Source of the DNA: Deltaproteobacteria bacterium
GTDB lineage: Bacteria > Desulfobacterota_D > UBA1144 > Nemesobacterales > CSP1-2
Reading direction: 5' to 3'
Length of the DNA: 64,000 bases
Assembly: GCA_052390235.1 (NCBI GenBank)
Contig: JBQTHB010000005.1
Coordinates: forward strand, 288,001 to 352,000
Shown: positions 10,412 to 20,961 of the stretch, in pieces
How positions within the stretch are numbered: the first letter of the stretch is position 1
Layout of the letters: each line of letters begins with the position of its first letter
Notes under the pieces: model-generated
Told to the model about the DNA's origin: nothing
The model's database searches: none
Seen by the model: the letters and a program-made list of their open reading frames with translations, nothing else
Program-made: the position numbers and the translations under genes

Positions 10412-10437
10412 TGGATTCCCATTTTCGCGGGAATGTC
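10412..10437. repeat. Short palindromic intergenic repeat
   Basis: TGGATTCCC-ATTTTCGC-GGGAATGTC; resembles the copy at 12649. Confidence 0.6.
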
Positions 10438-10562
10438 AACTAAAATCGCTCGCAGAGTTATCATAATAGTCGCTGGCTCGACTCCCCTCAAGATAAACCG
10501 TGAATCGCCCGTATCTATGCGCGGGCTGAGTCTGCATCGTGTTCAATCTACCCGTTTGGGTG

Positions 10563-10607
10563 AAAAAAAAGGGGCGAGCTTCCAATTTAGGAAACGCCCG
10601 CCCCTTT
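10563..10607 (-). terminator. Rho-independent terminator of the acyl-CoA ligase gene
   Basis: GC-rich stem GGGGCG...CGCCCC followed by T8 on the minus strand, 20 nt after the stop. Confidence 0.8.
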
Positions 10608-10624
10608 CGTGTTGTTATGAGAGA

Positions 10625-12352
10625 TTATTTTCTTGCGCTGAACTTGAGTCCCGTCTTGGCGCGATCCCAAGTTTTATCCGTGATTTCCTTAAGCTCCGCC
10701 ATTTTGATTTTCTGCGTGGCGGTAACCGGGAATCCGTCCGAGTAGATTTCGATGAATCTCGGCACCATGGCGACCATCACAAGCTCCGCCATCCACTTAG
10801 AGAACTCCACCGGGTCAAAGGTTTCGCCGGTTTTGAGCGTGACGTTGAGCTTGATTTCGTCGTCGGATACGTTCGGAAGCCTGATTCCTACGGCTATTGC
10901 CTCTTGAATCGAGTCATATCTCATGGCGACATCCTGCACCGCTATTGGGTCAACGTTCTCTCCCGATACGCGGATTCTTGAGAATCTGCCGACAAAGTAG
11001 AATCGCCCGTCAATTCCCTTTGCAAAGAGGTCGTCTGAGTTAAAAAACCCGTCGTCATCAAAAGCCTCTCTCGTGCGGCGGGGGTCTTTGAAGTATTCAT
11101 TTAGAGTCGTGTCCGGGATGCAGGGCTTGATGTACAGAAGCCCTTTCGCCTCGTCCGGCATGGTCGGATTCTCGTAAGGATCCCACGTGGGTCTGAGCGT
11201 CTTGGAGATGTCAGTCGGGTCTCTGAGTTCGACATAATACCCTTCCATCGGGAATCCCGACGAGCCGGGGCGATGGTCTTCGGCGTCTTTCCACAGAACC
11301 ATTCCCATTTCCGTTGAGCCGTATCCGTCAATTACGCGCACGCCGAAACGCTCTTGGAACTCAGCCAAATTACGAGGGGCGGGCGAGCCTAGCATAATGC
11401 GGACTTTGTGCTTTCTGTCCCACTCGCTCGCCGGCGCAGACCACAGGTACTCGGCTACTGCTCCGAGCAGGTTGATAGAATTTGCGCCGCACTCAGCCGC
11501 CCATTTCCAGAAGCTCGAAGCCGAGAAGCGAGGGAAAAACACAGCCGTCGCCCCTGCGCCCATGGAGCTGAAAAGGCACATAACTTGGGCGTTTGCGTGT
11601 CCGAGCGACAGTACGCTCATGAGTGTATCGCCGCTTCTGATACCCTGTTGCTGGAGGTAGCTTCTCACGGTCATGACCACGCCTCCGTGGTTGCGGGCAA
11701 CGCCTTTGGGCATTCCCGTTGTGCCGGAGGTGAACATACAGCGCTCCATATCAACGACGCTGACGGCAACCCCGGGGTTTTCCGTTGATGCGCCATCGAA
11801 TACGCTGAAAGGAAGCGTCTTAATTCCCGCAATGTCTGAGGGAACCGCCGCCGAATCTCCGGTAACGAAGATTACCTTTAGATTCTTTAAATCCTTCCCA
11901 ATGTCTTGAATCAGGGGAAGGCTGTCCGGGTCGGTAATGAGGGCTACGGTCTCGGAATAATTGATAACATAGGCAAGGCGTTCGCCCTTTTCGTCCTTGT
12001 TTATCGGCACCTGCACTCCGCCCACTTTGTGGATGGCAATGATGGAGACGACGTACTCGGAGCAGTTGAGCATATACATTCCGACCTTAGCGCCCTTTTT
12101 TACTCCGAAATCCTTCATGAGTCCGTTGGCTACTCTATTAGCCCAGTCATTTGTCTGCCTGTAGGTGTAGGACTCGACTATATGCCCGTCCTTATCGCCC
12201 ACCTTGAACATGGCTTTATCGGGAAACTGCTCCGCGCCCATCTCAAGGCATCTGGTTATTGGTTTCCATTCCTTTGTATCGTCAAATGAGCCGAAGGGAA
12301 GGTGTCCCTCGCCGACGTATTTGGGGTCTCTCGGTTTAAATAACAAACGCAT
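10625..12352 (-). CDS. AMP-dependent acyl-CoA synthetase/ligase (CaiC-like)
   Basis: MFTSGTTGMPKG P-loop, GYGSTE, terminal TATQKIK lysine; AGGAGGAG RBS. Confidence 0.9.
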   Translation of the reverse strand: MRLLFKPRDPKYVGEGHLPFGSFDDTKEWKPITRCLEMGAEQFPDKAMFKVGDKDGHIVESYTYRQTNDWANRVANGLMKDFGVKKGAKVGMYMLNCSEYVVSIIAIHKVGGVQVPINKDEKGERLAYVINYSETVALITDPDSLPLIQDIGKDLKNLKVIFVTGDSAAVPSDIAGIKTLPFSVFDGASTENPGVAVSVVDMERCMFTSGTTGMPKGVARNHGGVVMTVRSYLQQQGIRSGDTLMSVLSLGHANAQVMCLFSSMGAGATAVFFPRFSASSFWKWAAECGANSINLLGAVAEYLWSAPASEWDRKHKVRIMLGSPAPRNLAEFQERFGVRVIDGYGSTEMGMVLWKDAEDHRPGSSGFPMEGYYVELRDPTDISKTLRPTWDPYENPTMPDEAKGLLYIKPCIPDTTLNEYFKDPRRTREAFDDDGFFNSDDLFAKGIDGRFYFVGRFSRIRVSGENVDPIAVQDVAMRYDSIQEAIAVGIRLPNVSDDEIKLNVTLKTGETFDPVEFSKWMAELVMVAMVPRFIEIYSDGFPVTATQKIKMAELKEITDKTWDRAKTGLKFSARK

Positions 12353-12648
12353 TTGAAATCTCCTCCTGTCTAAAATTTGCTTTAATATAAATGATTCTAT
12401 TAAATTTCAAAGGCTCATTGCAATAGGGTCTAGCCAATACCGATAAATTAAGCCGAGATTAAGGCATCGGATAACCGCTGGATAGTCTCTATCGGTTAGC
12501 CCAAAACCCCATAGCTACAAACCGAAAGGAACCTCAAGCGGCTTTTATTGCGCCGAGCTTTGCCTAAGCGCGCGGTGTAAAATCCACGCAGAACTTATTG
12601 ATAATATGCCCCCTTCGCGCCTATACCCCGCTTGCTACTGAAGAGAAG

Positions 12649-12785
12649 TGGATTCCCGCTCAGAAGACTTGCGGGAATGACACCCCATCTGTTGTGATTT
12701 TGACCCTCGTTGCCACTTGCCCCTTTTGCTCTCCGCCATTCCGCTCGTCCCTCAGTTGTCATTTCGAGCGATAGCGAGAAATCCT
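12649..12785. repeat. Two GTCAT-tagged palindromic repeats
   Basis: TGGATTCCCGC...GCGGGAATGACA (12649-12682) and TGTCATTTCGAGCGATAGCGAGAAATCCT (12757-12785). Confidence 0.7.
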
Positions 12786-12907
12786 GATAAGATTTCCCTC
12801 TGGCTTGGCTTCTGTCATGATTAATTTGGGATAGGCCCTTTGCGCTGGTGCTTTTTGGATGGTTTATAGCGTAAATTCAGCCATTCGGGTGGGGGGCTGA
12901 ATCCTGA

Positions 12908-13480
12908 CTAGATTCTCGCCATTCTCACAAAATTGGCTAATAGCTCCCTGCCATGCGAGGTGAGAATTGACTCCGGGTGAAACTGCACGCCCTCGATGAG
13001 ATATTCCCTATGCCGTACGCCCATTATCTCCCCTTCGTCCGTCCAAGCGGTAATTTCAAGCTCAGGCGGGAGAGTCTCGCGCTCGATGAGAAGCGAGTGG
13101 TAGCGCGTAGCCTCAAATGGGCTTGGCACGCCCTCGAAAACCCCCCTGCCGTCGTGGTAAATCATCGAAGTTTTGCCATGCACGAGCCTGCCCGCCCGCA
13201 CGATGTTGCCTCCGAAGGCATAGCCGATGGACTGATGCCCAAGGCAGACTCCGAGAATGGGAACGCGCCCTTTTAGCTCTCTAATCACATCTACCGAGAT
13301 TCCCGCTTCCTTTGGAGTGCATGGGCCCGGAGAGACGACTATCATATCGGGATTGAGCCTTCCAGCTTCGTCGAGCGTGATTTTATCGTTTCTAAAAACG
13401 AGGATTTCCTCTCCCAGCTCGCCTAAATAGTGAACGAGGTTATAGGTGAATGAGTCGTAATTGTCAATCATCAGAATCAT
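12908..13480 (-). CDS. trpG: Anthranilate/aminodeoxychorismate synthase component II (glutamine amidotransferase)
   Basis: [28 protein letters not shown]. Confidence 0.93.
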   Translation of the reverse strand: MILMIDNYDSFTYNLVHYLGELGEEILVFRNDKITLDEAGRLNPDMIVVSPGPCTPKEAGISVDVIRELKGRVPILGVCLGHQSIGYAFGGNIVRAGRLVHGKTSMIYHDGRGVFEGVPSPFEATRYHSLLIERETLPPELEITAWTDEGEIMGVRHREYLIEGVQFHPESILTSHGRELLANFVRMARI

Positions 13481-13496
13481 TTTCTCGCCCTCTTAC

Positions 13497-14990
13497 CTAA
13501 ACCCACGATTTCGCCGCCTCGACGGCTTTTATCAGGGCTTTCACTTTATTCTCGGTCTCCCTCAGTTCGTTCTCCGGGACAGAGTCGGCGACAATCCCCG
13601 CGCCCGCCTGAATATAGACGTCATCCCCTTTGATGACGAACGTTCTAATGGTGATGCAGGTGTCCATATTGCCTGAGAAGCTGAAATAGCCGACAGCCCC
13701 GCCGTACGCGCCGCGCCGATTCGGTTCCATCTCTTCGATGATTTCCATCGCCCGCACTTTTGGCGCGCCTGAGAGAGTACCAGCCGGGAACGTGGCTTTA
13801 AATACGTCGAATGCGTCTTTTCCTTCTTTGAGCTTGGCGACGACGTTCGAGACAATGTGCATGACGTGGGAATACCGCTCCACTGTCATAAGCTCGTCCA
13901 CTTTGACGCTCCCCACCTCGGCAACCCTACCCAAATCGTTTCTGGCAAGGTCAACGAGCATTATATGCTCGGCGCGCTCCTTCGGGTCTGCCAGAAGCTC
14001 GGCTTCGAGCGCGGTGTCCTCGGCTTTAGTTGCTCCCCTTGGCCTCGTGCCTGCGATGGGGCGATTTTCAATCCTCGCGCCCTCCACTCTGACCATCACC
14101 TCAGGAGACGAGCCGACGAGCAAATCCCCGCCTAATTTCAAATAAAACATATAGGGCGAGGGGTTCAGCGCCCTTAAAGCCCGGTATAGGTCAAAGGGGG
14201 AGGAGGAGTCGAGCTTAGTCCTCCATCTCTGCGCGATGACGGCTTGAATGATATCGCCTGCTTGGATGTATTCTTTGGTTCTGGCGACTCTGTCCATAAA
14301 TTCCATAGGCTCGAAATTCGATTTAAACCTCGATGGAGGCTGGGGGGGGGGCTTTGCGGCGGCCGCTTTTGGGCTTTCGTAGAGCGACACGGGACGCCTG
14401 AGCTTCTCGATAATCGCCTCGATTTTGGCTGCCGCTCCCTCGTAGGCGGCTTTGGCGTTTTTTGTGTCCGGCACGTAGGCGTTTGAGATGATTTTTATCT
14501 TGTGGTTTACGTTGTCGAACACGAGAAGCGAGTCGGTTATCATGAAGACCGAATCCCAGAGGCTCATATCGTCTTTTGCTGTTTCAGGGAGTTTTTCGAT
14601 GAATCTGACCATGTCGTAGCCGAAGTATCCGACTGCGCCGCCGTGAAATCTGGGCAGTTCGGGGGAGGCTACCGGGCGGTATCTCGAAAGCAAGACTCTG
14701 AGCGCGTCGAGGGGGTTGCCCTCCTGTTGTGTCGTCGCTCCGTTTTCGAGTATCTCAATCAGAGGGCCTTTAGACCTAAATATGACCGACGGCTCCGCGC
14801 CGAGAAAGCTGTATCTGCCCCATTTCTCCCCGCCCTCGACGCTCTCAAGGAGGAATGCGTAATCCCCGGCTTCAATTTTCTTCAGCGCCGATACGGGCGT
14901 GTCAAAGTCGGCGAGCATCTCCCCCCAAACGGGAACGACGTTGCCCTCGGCGAGTTTTTCTGTGAATTCGGCGAAAGATGGGGAAATCAT
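13497..14990 (-). CDS. trpE: Anthranilate synthase component I
   Basis: LLES and NPSPYM tryptophan-feedback motifs, PIAGTRPRG, AEHIMLVDLARND, FPAGTLSGAPK. Confidence 0.95.
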   Translation of the reverse strand: MISPSFAEFTEKLAEGNVVPVWGEMLADFDTPVSALKKIEAGDYAFLLESVEGGEKWGRYSFLGAEPSVIFRSKGPLIEILENGATTQQEGNPLDALRVLLSRYRPVASPELPRFHGGAVGYFGYDMVRFIEKLPETAKDDMSLWDSVFMITDSLLVFDNVNHKIKIISNAYVPDTKNAKAAYEGAAAKIEAIIEKLRRPVSLYESPKAAAAKPPPQPPSRFKSNFEPMEFMDRVARTKEYIQAGDIIQAVIAQRWRTKLDSSSPFDLYRALRALNPSPYMFYLKLGGDLLVGSSPEVMVRVEGARIENRPIAGTRPRGATKAEDTALEAELLADPKERAEHIMLVDLARNDLGRVAEVGSVKVDELMTVERYSHVMHIVSNVVAKLKEGKDAFDVFKATFPAGTLSGAPKVRAMEIIEEMEPNRRGAYGGAVGYFSFSGNMDTCITIRTFVIKGDDVYIQAGAGIVADSVPENELRETENKVKALIKAVEAAKSWV

Positions 14991-15135
14991 TTCAGGACAG
15001 AAAGCATAAAAAGGCGCGGGCTTAAAGTCAAGAGACGCCGCCCTTCGCTTTCGCGCTCAAGGGGTGTAGAATTATGGCGGCGGCGAGGATTCGGCGGCAG
15101 GACGCAAACCCACAAGGAGGATTTATCCAAATATC

Positions 15136-16503
15136 ATGGCGCAGAAAATTAACTCCCGGATTTTCAGAGAATACGACATCAGAGGCGTAGTTGACCAAGA
15201 CCTCGACTCGGACGTCATTGAGACCATTGGCAGGGCGTTCGGCACATACCTGCAAAGGCGCGGCAGGCGCAAAGTCTCATTAGGGCGGGACTGCCGCCTG
15301 AGTTCTCCTCAGTTTGCCGAGGCGATGAGCAGGGGGATTCGCTCCACCGGCGTTGACGTGGTTGATATTGGCATGGTTTCAACGCCGATGCTCTATTTCT
15401 CGCTCTTTAATCTCGACGTTGAAGGCGGGGCCATGATAACGGCAAGCCACAATCCGGGCGAGTACAACGGCGTAAAACTCTGCCTCGGGCGGGACTCCCT
15501 ATTCGGCGAGGAAATCCAAAAAATTAGACAAATCGCCGAGTCCGAGGATTTTGCCAAGGGCGGCGGAGTTATCAACCATCTGGACATTTTGGATGACTAT
15601 CTCGATTTTTTTCGCCGGAACGTGCAAATAGCCCCCGGCATGAGGGTCGCAATTGACTGCGGAAACGCGATGGTGGGGGTTGCGGGGCCTCGAATTCTAA
15701 GAGAGTTTGGGTGCGATCTTACGGAGCTTTACACCGAACCCGACGGGACTTTCCCCAATCATCACCCAGACCCTACAGTAGAGGAAAACCTCGCGGATTT
15801 AATCCGCGCCGTGCGGGAGGGGGGTCTGCGGCTCGGAATCGGCTTTGACGGCGACGGCGACCGCGTCGGAGTCGTGGACGAGCAGGGCAATATTATCTGG
15901 GGCGATATGCTGGTTTTAATCCTTGCCCGCGATGTGCTTCGGGAGGTTCCGGGGGCGAAGATACTGGGGGATGTGAAATGCTCCGGCAGATTGTTCAGAG
16001 ACATAGAAAATCACGGCGGCGCTCCCATAATGTGGAAAACCGGCCATTCGCTCATGAAAAGCAAGATGAAGTCCGAGAAAGCCGCCCTCGCCGGCGAGAT
16101 GAGCGGGCATATTTTCTTCTCTCATAGGTTCTTTGGCTACGACGATGCCCTCTACGCCGCGCTTAGGCTTCTTGAAATCCTCTCTAGGAGCGGGCGTAAA
16201 ATGTCTGAACTTCTCGAAGGCGTGCCTCCTGCGTTCACGACCCCTGAGATTAGGGTTGACTTTCCAGAGGAGATAAAATTTCAAGCCGTCGAGATGGTCA
16301 AAAAGGAGCTTAAGGGCAGATATGAGGTCATAGACACCGACGGCGTGAGAGTGGAGTTTCCCGATGGCTGGGGGCTGGTCAGGGCTTCGAACACGCAGCC
16401 CGCCTTGGTTCTGAGGTTTGAGGCGCAGTCGGAGGCGAGGCTTGGGGAAATCCGCTCGCTGATTGAGGGGGAGCTTGAGCGGGCGAAGAGTGCGCTCACT
16501 TGA
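15136..16503 (+). CDS. Phosphomannomutase/phosphoglucomutase (AlgC-like)
   Basis: FREYDIRG, TASHNP phosphoserine loop, FDGDGDR, GEMSGH, RASNTQP. Confidence 0.94.
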   Translation: MAQKINSRIFREYDIRGVVDQDLDSDVIETIGRAFGTYLQRRGRRKVSLGRDCRLSSPQFAEAMSRGIRSTGVDVVDIGMVSTPMLYFSLFNLDVEGGAMITASHNPGEYNGVKLCLGRDSLFGEEIQKIRQIAESEDFAKGGGVINHLDILDDYLDFFRRNVQIAPGMRVAIDCGNAMVGVAGPRILREFGCDLTELYTEPDGTFPNHHPDPTVEENLADLIRAVREGGLRLGIGFDGDGDRVGVVDEQGNIIWGDMLVLILARDVLREVPGAKILGDVKCSGRLFRDIENHGGAPIMWKTGHSLMKSKMKSEKAALAGEMSGHIFFSHRFFGYDDALYAALRLLEILSRSGRKMSELLEGVPPAFTTPEIRVDFPEEIKFQAVEMVKKELKGRYEVIDTDGVRVEFPDGWGLVRASNTQPALVLRFEAQSEARLGEIRSLIEGELERAKSALT

Positions 16504-16564
16504 GCGAGGGCTGCGTCCCAAATGGAATATGAGGAAGGCGGAGCGGCACTCGAACTGACGTCGG

Positions 16565-17533
16565 CTAAACCAGATGGCAGGAGACTACGTGTCCCCCGCC
16601 GTAGTCCTTTAGGACAGGCTCTTCCCTCTTGCATTTTTCAACGGCAACAGGACACCGGGGATGAAACCTACACCCAGTAGGGGGGTCAACTGGACTCGGA
16701 ACATCCCCGGTAAGTAATGTCCTATTGCATTTTTTTTCAGGGTCTGGAACAGGCACGGCTGAAAGCAGGGCTTGCGTATATGGATGAAGCGGTTTTGTGT
16801 AAATCTCCTCGCTTCGCGCAAGCTCCACAACCTTGCCCAGATACATCACCGCAACTCTATCGCTTATGTGTCTAATAACGCGCAGGTCGTGAGAAATAAA
16901 CAGATACGTCAATTTAAATTCGTCTTGGAGGAGCAGGAGCAGGTTGATTATCTGCGCCTGAACCGAGACGTCGAGGGCGGAGACCGGCTCGTCGCACACT
17001 ATAAATTTCGGATGAAGCGCAAGGGCGCGGGCTATGGCGATGCGTTGGCGCTGTCCTCCGCTGAATTCATGGGGATAGCGAAAAAGCGCGTCTTCTCTGA
17101 GTCCCACAGTTGCGAGAAGCCTCTTGACCTCGTCTCTTCTGCGGTTTTGAGGGATGATATTGTGTATCGTAAGCCCTTCGGAGACTATGCCCTCGATTTT
17201 CATCCTAGGGTTGAGCGAGCCGTAGGGGTCTTGGAATACTATCTGCATCTCCCGTCTGAGGGGTTGCATCTCCCGCGAGGTCATCCCTGTAATATCTCTT
17301 CCCTCGAATTCAACTGTGCCTTCGGTTGGCTCAAGCAGTTTCAGCAGGGTCTTGCCGAGTGTGGTCTTGCCGCATCCGCTTTCGCCCACAAGCCCGAGGG
17401 TCTCGCCCTTATGCACGGACAGATCCACTCCGTCAACGGCTCTGACGTGGTCTTTTACCTTGGAAAATACCCCGGATTTTACCGGGAAGTATTTTTTGAG
17501 GCTTGTAATTTTTACGAGTTCCGGTGTCTGCAT
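16565..17533 (-). CDS. oppF: Oligopeptide/dipeptide ABC transporter ATPase
   Basis: [26 protein letters not shown]-terminal GCRFHPRC. Confidence 0.92.
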   Translation of the reverse strand: MQTPELVKITSLKKYFPVKSGVFSKVKDHVRAVDGVDLSVHKGETLGLVGESGCGKTTLGKTLLKLLEPTEGTVEFEGRDITGMTSREMQPLRREMQIVFQDPYGSLNPRMKIEGIVSEGLTIHNIIPQNRRRDEVKRLLATVGLREDALFRYPHEFSGGQRQRIAIARALALHPKFIVCDEPVSALDVSVQAQIINLLLLLQDEFKLTYLFISHDLRVIRHISDRVAVMYLGKVVELARSEEIYTKPLHPYTQALLSAVPVPDPEKKCNRTLLTGDVPSPVDPPTGCRFHPRCPVAVEKCKREEPVLKDYGGGHVVSCHLV

Positions 17534-17599
17534 CTGATAATCTCTAACATATCTGGCTGGGATGAAACCGGCTTAACTTGGCGGCGGCAACACAGTATC

Positions 17600-17628
17600 A
17601 GCATAGAATATCATTTTCACAGTGTCAA
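17600..17628 (-). promoter_or_regulatory. Putative internal sigma70 promoter for oppF
   Basis: TTGACA-N17-TATGCT on the minus strand in the oppD-oppF gap. Confidence 0.55.
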
Positions 17629-17724
17629 GTTATATTAACATTAATTTCTTTTAATCAAATATCATCAGAAGATGCGCAAAATTCGACTCCTGAATTATAT
17701 CCCGCATTCGGGCGGAATTATCCG

Positions 17725-18708
17725 TCAATCGGCGACTTCCACCGCCTCCACCCTGAAGCACGCCGAGCTATGCCCGGCCTCAATTTCTATAAGCGGCGGC
17801 TCGGAAACCCTGCATCTGTCAATCACCAAAGCGCATCGGTCTTGGAATCTGCACCCGGCAGGAAAGCTCCCTAGGCTCGGCACCATGCCCGGAATCGCCG
17901 AAAGCCGCGTTTTTCTCTGATGCAGGCTCGGAATGGAGTTCATAAGCCCCGCTGTGTAGGGATGCCGCGGATTGCCGAAGAGCCTCTTTGTCGGGGCGTG
18001 TTCGACGACTTTCCCCGCGTACATCACATAGACCTGTTCGGTAACCTCGGCGATGATGCCCAAATCGTGGGTGATGAGAAGCACGGACATCCCGATTTTC
18101 TGCTTGATTTCTTCTATCAACTCCAAAATTCCAGCTTGAATCGTAACGTCGAGGGCGGTGGTAGGCTCGTCTGCGATGAGAAGCTCCGGGTTGCAGGCAA
18201 GAGCCATGGCTATCATAACGCGCTGGCACATCCCCCCGCTAAGTTCATGCGGATAGCTCGCAAGTCTCTTCTCAGGCGTGGGGATTTTGACGAGCCGAAG
18301 AAGCTCGACGACTCGGTCTCTCTCCTCTCTTCTGGAGACCTTCAGATGCGTTCTAATTGCTTCTCCTATCTGCTCTCCAATAGAGAACACGGGATTCAGA
18401 GAGCTGACCGGCTCCTGAAATATCATTGAAACCCTATTTCCCCGCACCGCCCTCATATCACGCTCGGAGAGTTTCAGAAGGTCAATACCGTCGAAGATTA
18501 TCTCGCCGCCGTCAATTTTTCCGGGCGGCTCAGGGATGAGGCGCATTATCGAGAGCGCGGTTATGGTTTTGCCGCATCCGCTTTCGCCGACTATGCCCAC
18601 CGTGGATTTTTCGGGGACGGAAATCGAGACCCCGCCAACGGCTTCAAGCCTCCTGCCGTCGCTCCCAAAGGAAATTCTAAGGTCTCTGATTTGAATTATG
18701 TCTCTCAT
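17725..18708 (-). CDS. oppD: Oligopeptide/dipeptide ABC transporter ATPase
   Basis: [30 protein letters not shown]. Confidence 0.92.
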   Translation of the reverse strand: MRDIIQIRDLRISFGSDGRRLEAVGGVSISVPEKSTVGIVGESGCGKTITALSIMRLIPEPPGKIDGGEIIFDGIDLLKLSERDMRAVRGNRVSMIFQEPVSSLNPVFSIGEQIGEAIRTHLKVSRREERDRVVELLRLVKIPTPEKRLASYPHELSGGMCQRVMIAMALACNPELLIADEPTTALDVTIQAGILELIEEIKQKIGMSVLLITHDLGIIAEVTEQVYVMYAGKVVEHAPTKRLFGNPRHPYTAGLMNSIPSLHQRKTRLSAIPGMVPSLGSFPAGCRFQDRCALVIDRCRVSEPPLIEIEAGHSSACFRVEAVEVAD

Positions 18709-18910
18709 TGCTACTTTTGCCGCCCGCCCGCGTGTCCAAACCGCGCATTGAGCATCTAATCTACTCGCCGGATACTCAGCGAATCGTATCCCAAACTACT
18801 TTCCGGGCAGGCTCACCCACTCCCGTTCACACCGAGCCATTAGCTTGTCGAGTAGTCAAAGGGCAAAAACGAGCGCGTTGAATATCGCTCTATCCCTGCC
18901 GGATATATTG

Positions 18911-19939
18911 CTAAAGCCTCCGCCCCCGCATCTTCGGGTCAACGGCATCGCGGAATCCCTCGCCCACCAGATTGAAAGCCGTTACCGTGATAAATATAGC
19001 CGCGCCCGGAAACAGCACAAGCCACCATGCGAAATCCACATACCTCTGAGACTGCGAAAGCACATCGCCCCAGCTCGGCTCAGGAGGAGGAACGCCGAAT
19101 CCCAAGAAGCTCAGCGCCGATTCCACCAGCACCGCTCCCGCCACGCCGAACGTCGCCGCAACCAGCACTGGGGCAAGGGCATTGGGCAGGATGTGCCTTG
19201 CCATCACGCGAAAATCACTGCTCCCAAGCGCAACCGCCGCCTCGACATAGACATACTGGCGGAGTTTCAAAAATTCCCCCCTCACGAGCCTCGCTATCCC
19301 AGTCCACCCAGTTACCCCGATGACTATCATTATCGTGTAGATGCTCGGGTCTCTGAACGCCAGTATCGTGAGTATCAGGAAAAACACCGGGAAAGTTATC
19401 ATCACCTCGAAAAAGCGAGAGACGACGAAATCCACCCATCCTCCGTAATAGCCGGCGACCCCGCCCATGAATATTCCAATGACGATAGCTATCCCCACCG
19501 CCACGAATCCTATTGAGAGTGAAATCCCAGCGCCGTGAATCATTCGGCTCAGCACGTCGCGTCCTCTGTCATCCGTGCCGAAGGGATGCTCCCGCGTAGG
19601 CGGCGCGAGAACCGAGAGTAGGTCGTACTCGGTGGCGCTGTAGCGCACGGGGGGGAATAGGGCAAAATCCCCTTTTTCGAGCTTCTGCGATAGCTCTTTG
19701 TAATCGGCGTTCGGGAATTCTCTATAGTCGAATAGGACGGGATAGTAAAATTTCCCCTCGAATTTCATAACTATAGGCTTATTGCCGGCTAGGAAATTGT
19801 CGAGTAGGGCGACGGAGACGAGAGCGCCGATAATAAAAAGGGCGCTAAGGGCGAGCCTGTCGCTTTTAAACTCATCCCATACCGAAGCCCAGTAGCCGCG
19901 GCTTGAGTGGGCTTCGGGCGGCGGGATGTGAGCGCTCAT
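18911..19939 (-). CDS. oppC: Peptide ABC transporter permease
   Basis: HPFGTDDRGRDVLSR, EAAVALG loop, ESALSFLGFG. Confidence 0.92.
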   Translation of the reverse strand: MSAHIPPPEAHSSRGYWASVWDEFKSDRLALSALFIIGALVSVALLDNFLAGNKPIVMKFEGKFYYPVLFDYREFPNADYKELSQKLEKGDFALFPPVRYSATEYDLLSVLAPPTREHPFGTDDRGRDVLSRMIHGAGISLSIGFVAVGIAIVIGIFMGGVAGYYGGWVDFVVSRFFEVMITFPVFFLILTILAFRDPSIYTIMIVIGVTGWTGIARLVRGEFLKLRQYVYVEAAVALGSSDFRVMARHILPNALAPVLVAATFGVAGAVLVESALSFLGFGVPPPEPSWGDVLSQSQRYVDFAWWLVLFPGAAIFITVTAFNLVGEGFRDAVDPKMRGRRL

Positions 19940-20937
19940 TCTCTCCCCTCGAAGCTGATTCTTGGGTCAACCAGCACGTAAGCGAGGTCGGCAAGCAGAA
20001 TCCCAATCAGCGTCAAAAACGACGATATAGTGGCAATGGCGAGAATAACGGGATAGTCCCGCGAGAGAATCGCCTCAAAGCCGAGCTGTCCGATGCCGGG
20101 AATCGAGAAGATGCTCTCGATGATGACGCTTCCGCCTATCATGGCGGGAAGGACGGAGGCAATTATCGTGATGATAGGGATGAGCGAGTTCATGAGGGCG
20201 TGCTTGAACAGGACTTTTCCCTCCGAAAGCCCCTTTGCCCTTGCCGTTTTAATGTAATCCTCGCGCAGAACCTCCAAGAGACTCCCCCTCTGATAGCGTG
20301 AGAGATAGGCTAAATCCCCGTATGTGAGGCATATTACGGGAAGGGCGATGTGCCAGAGGAAATCCGCCACCCTGCCGAGGAATGTGAAATTCTCCGCCCC
20401 TTGCGAGAATATCCCGTAAATCGGGAAGAGGTCAAAAAACTCGCCCCCGCCGAGGAAATAGATTAAAACCATTGCGAGCCAAAAGCTGGGTACTGAGTAC
20501 AGAGCGAACAATCCGAGCGTGATGACGCGGTCCCTGAGCGTTCCCTGCCTGACCGCCGAATATATCCCCAGCGGTATCGAAATCGCATAGACGAGAAATA
20601 TCGAGATGAGATTTAGCGCGAGCGTTATGGGAAGCCTCTCCCAAATCTTCTCAAGCGCCGGCCTCTGGTCTTTATAGGAGCGTCCGAAATCGAGCGTGGC
20701 AATCTGCTTGACCCAAATCCAGTAGCGCTCGTGAATGGGTTTGTCGAGACCGTAGAGCTTTTTAGTCTGTTCGATGATGTCCTCGGTTATCGACTCGGCC
20801 TTGACGCTCTCGCCGAACTGCAGCTTCCTAGCCACGGGGTTGCCGGGCGCAAGCTGTATGACGAAAAACGTTATGAGACTAATCCCAACGAGGGTCGGTA
20901 TCAGCAGGAGCAGCCTTTTTAGTATGTAGTTTCTCAT
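19936..20937 (-). CDS. oppB: Peptide ABC transporter permease
   Basis: YILKRLL, LAPGNP, YIKTARAKGL, IESIFSIPGIG. Confidence 0.92.
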   Translation of the reverse strand: MRNYILKRLLLLIPTLVGISLITFFVIQLAPGNPVARKLQFGESVKAESITEDIIEQTKKLYGLDKPIHERYWIWVKQIATLDFGRSYKDQRPALEKIWERLPITLALNLISIFLVYAISIPLGIYSAVRQGTLRDRVITLGLFALYSVPSFWLAMVLIYFLGGGEFFDLFPIYGIFSQGAENFTFLGRVADFLWHIALPVICLTYGDLAYLSRYQRGSLLEVLREDYIKTARAKGLSEGKVLFKHALMNSLIPIITIIASVLPAMIGGSVIIESIFSIPGIGQLGFEAILSRDYPVILAIATISSFLTLIGILLADLAYVLVDPRISFEGRE

Positions 20938-20961
20938 CTGTCCTCTTCGGCTGCGAGCCCG

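Noticed and set aside
10415..10434. Match to the Neisseria dRS3 pattern ATTCCC-N8-GGGAAT
   Set aside because: Single copy, better explained as a member of the local GTCAT-type palindrome family; no other sign of Neisseria origin
10433..10981. 182-aa plus-strand ORF after radA
   Set aside because: Overlaps the acyl-CoA ligase antisense and runs through its terminator; no motifs
14991..15135. trp attenuator or leader peptide upstream of trpE
   Set aside because: No Trp-rich leader ORF or T-box seen; the promoter-like boxes sit directly before the start
16772..17638. 288-aa plus-strand ORF and similar long shadow ORFs (e.g. 18845-19516, 39219-40055, 47216-47893, 53570-54205)
   Set aside because: Antisense to well-supported genes in GC-rich coding DNA; no recognisable motifs
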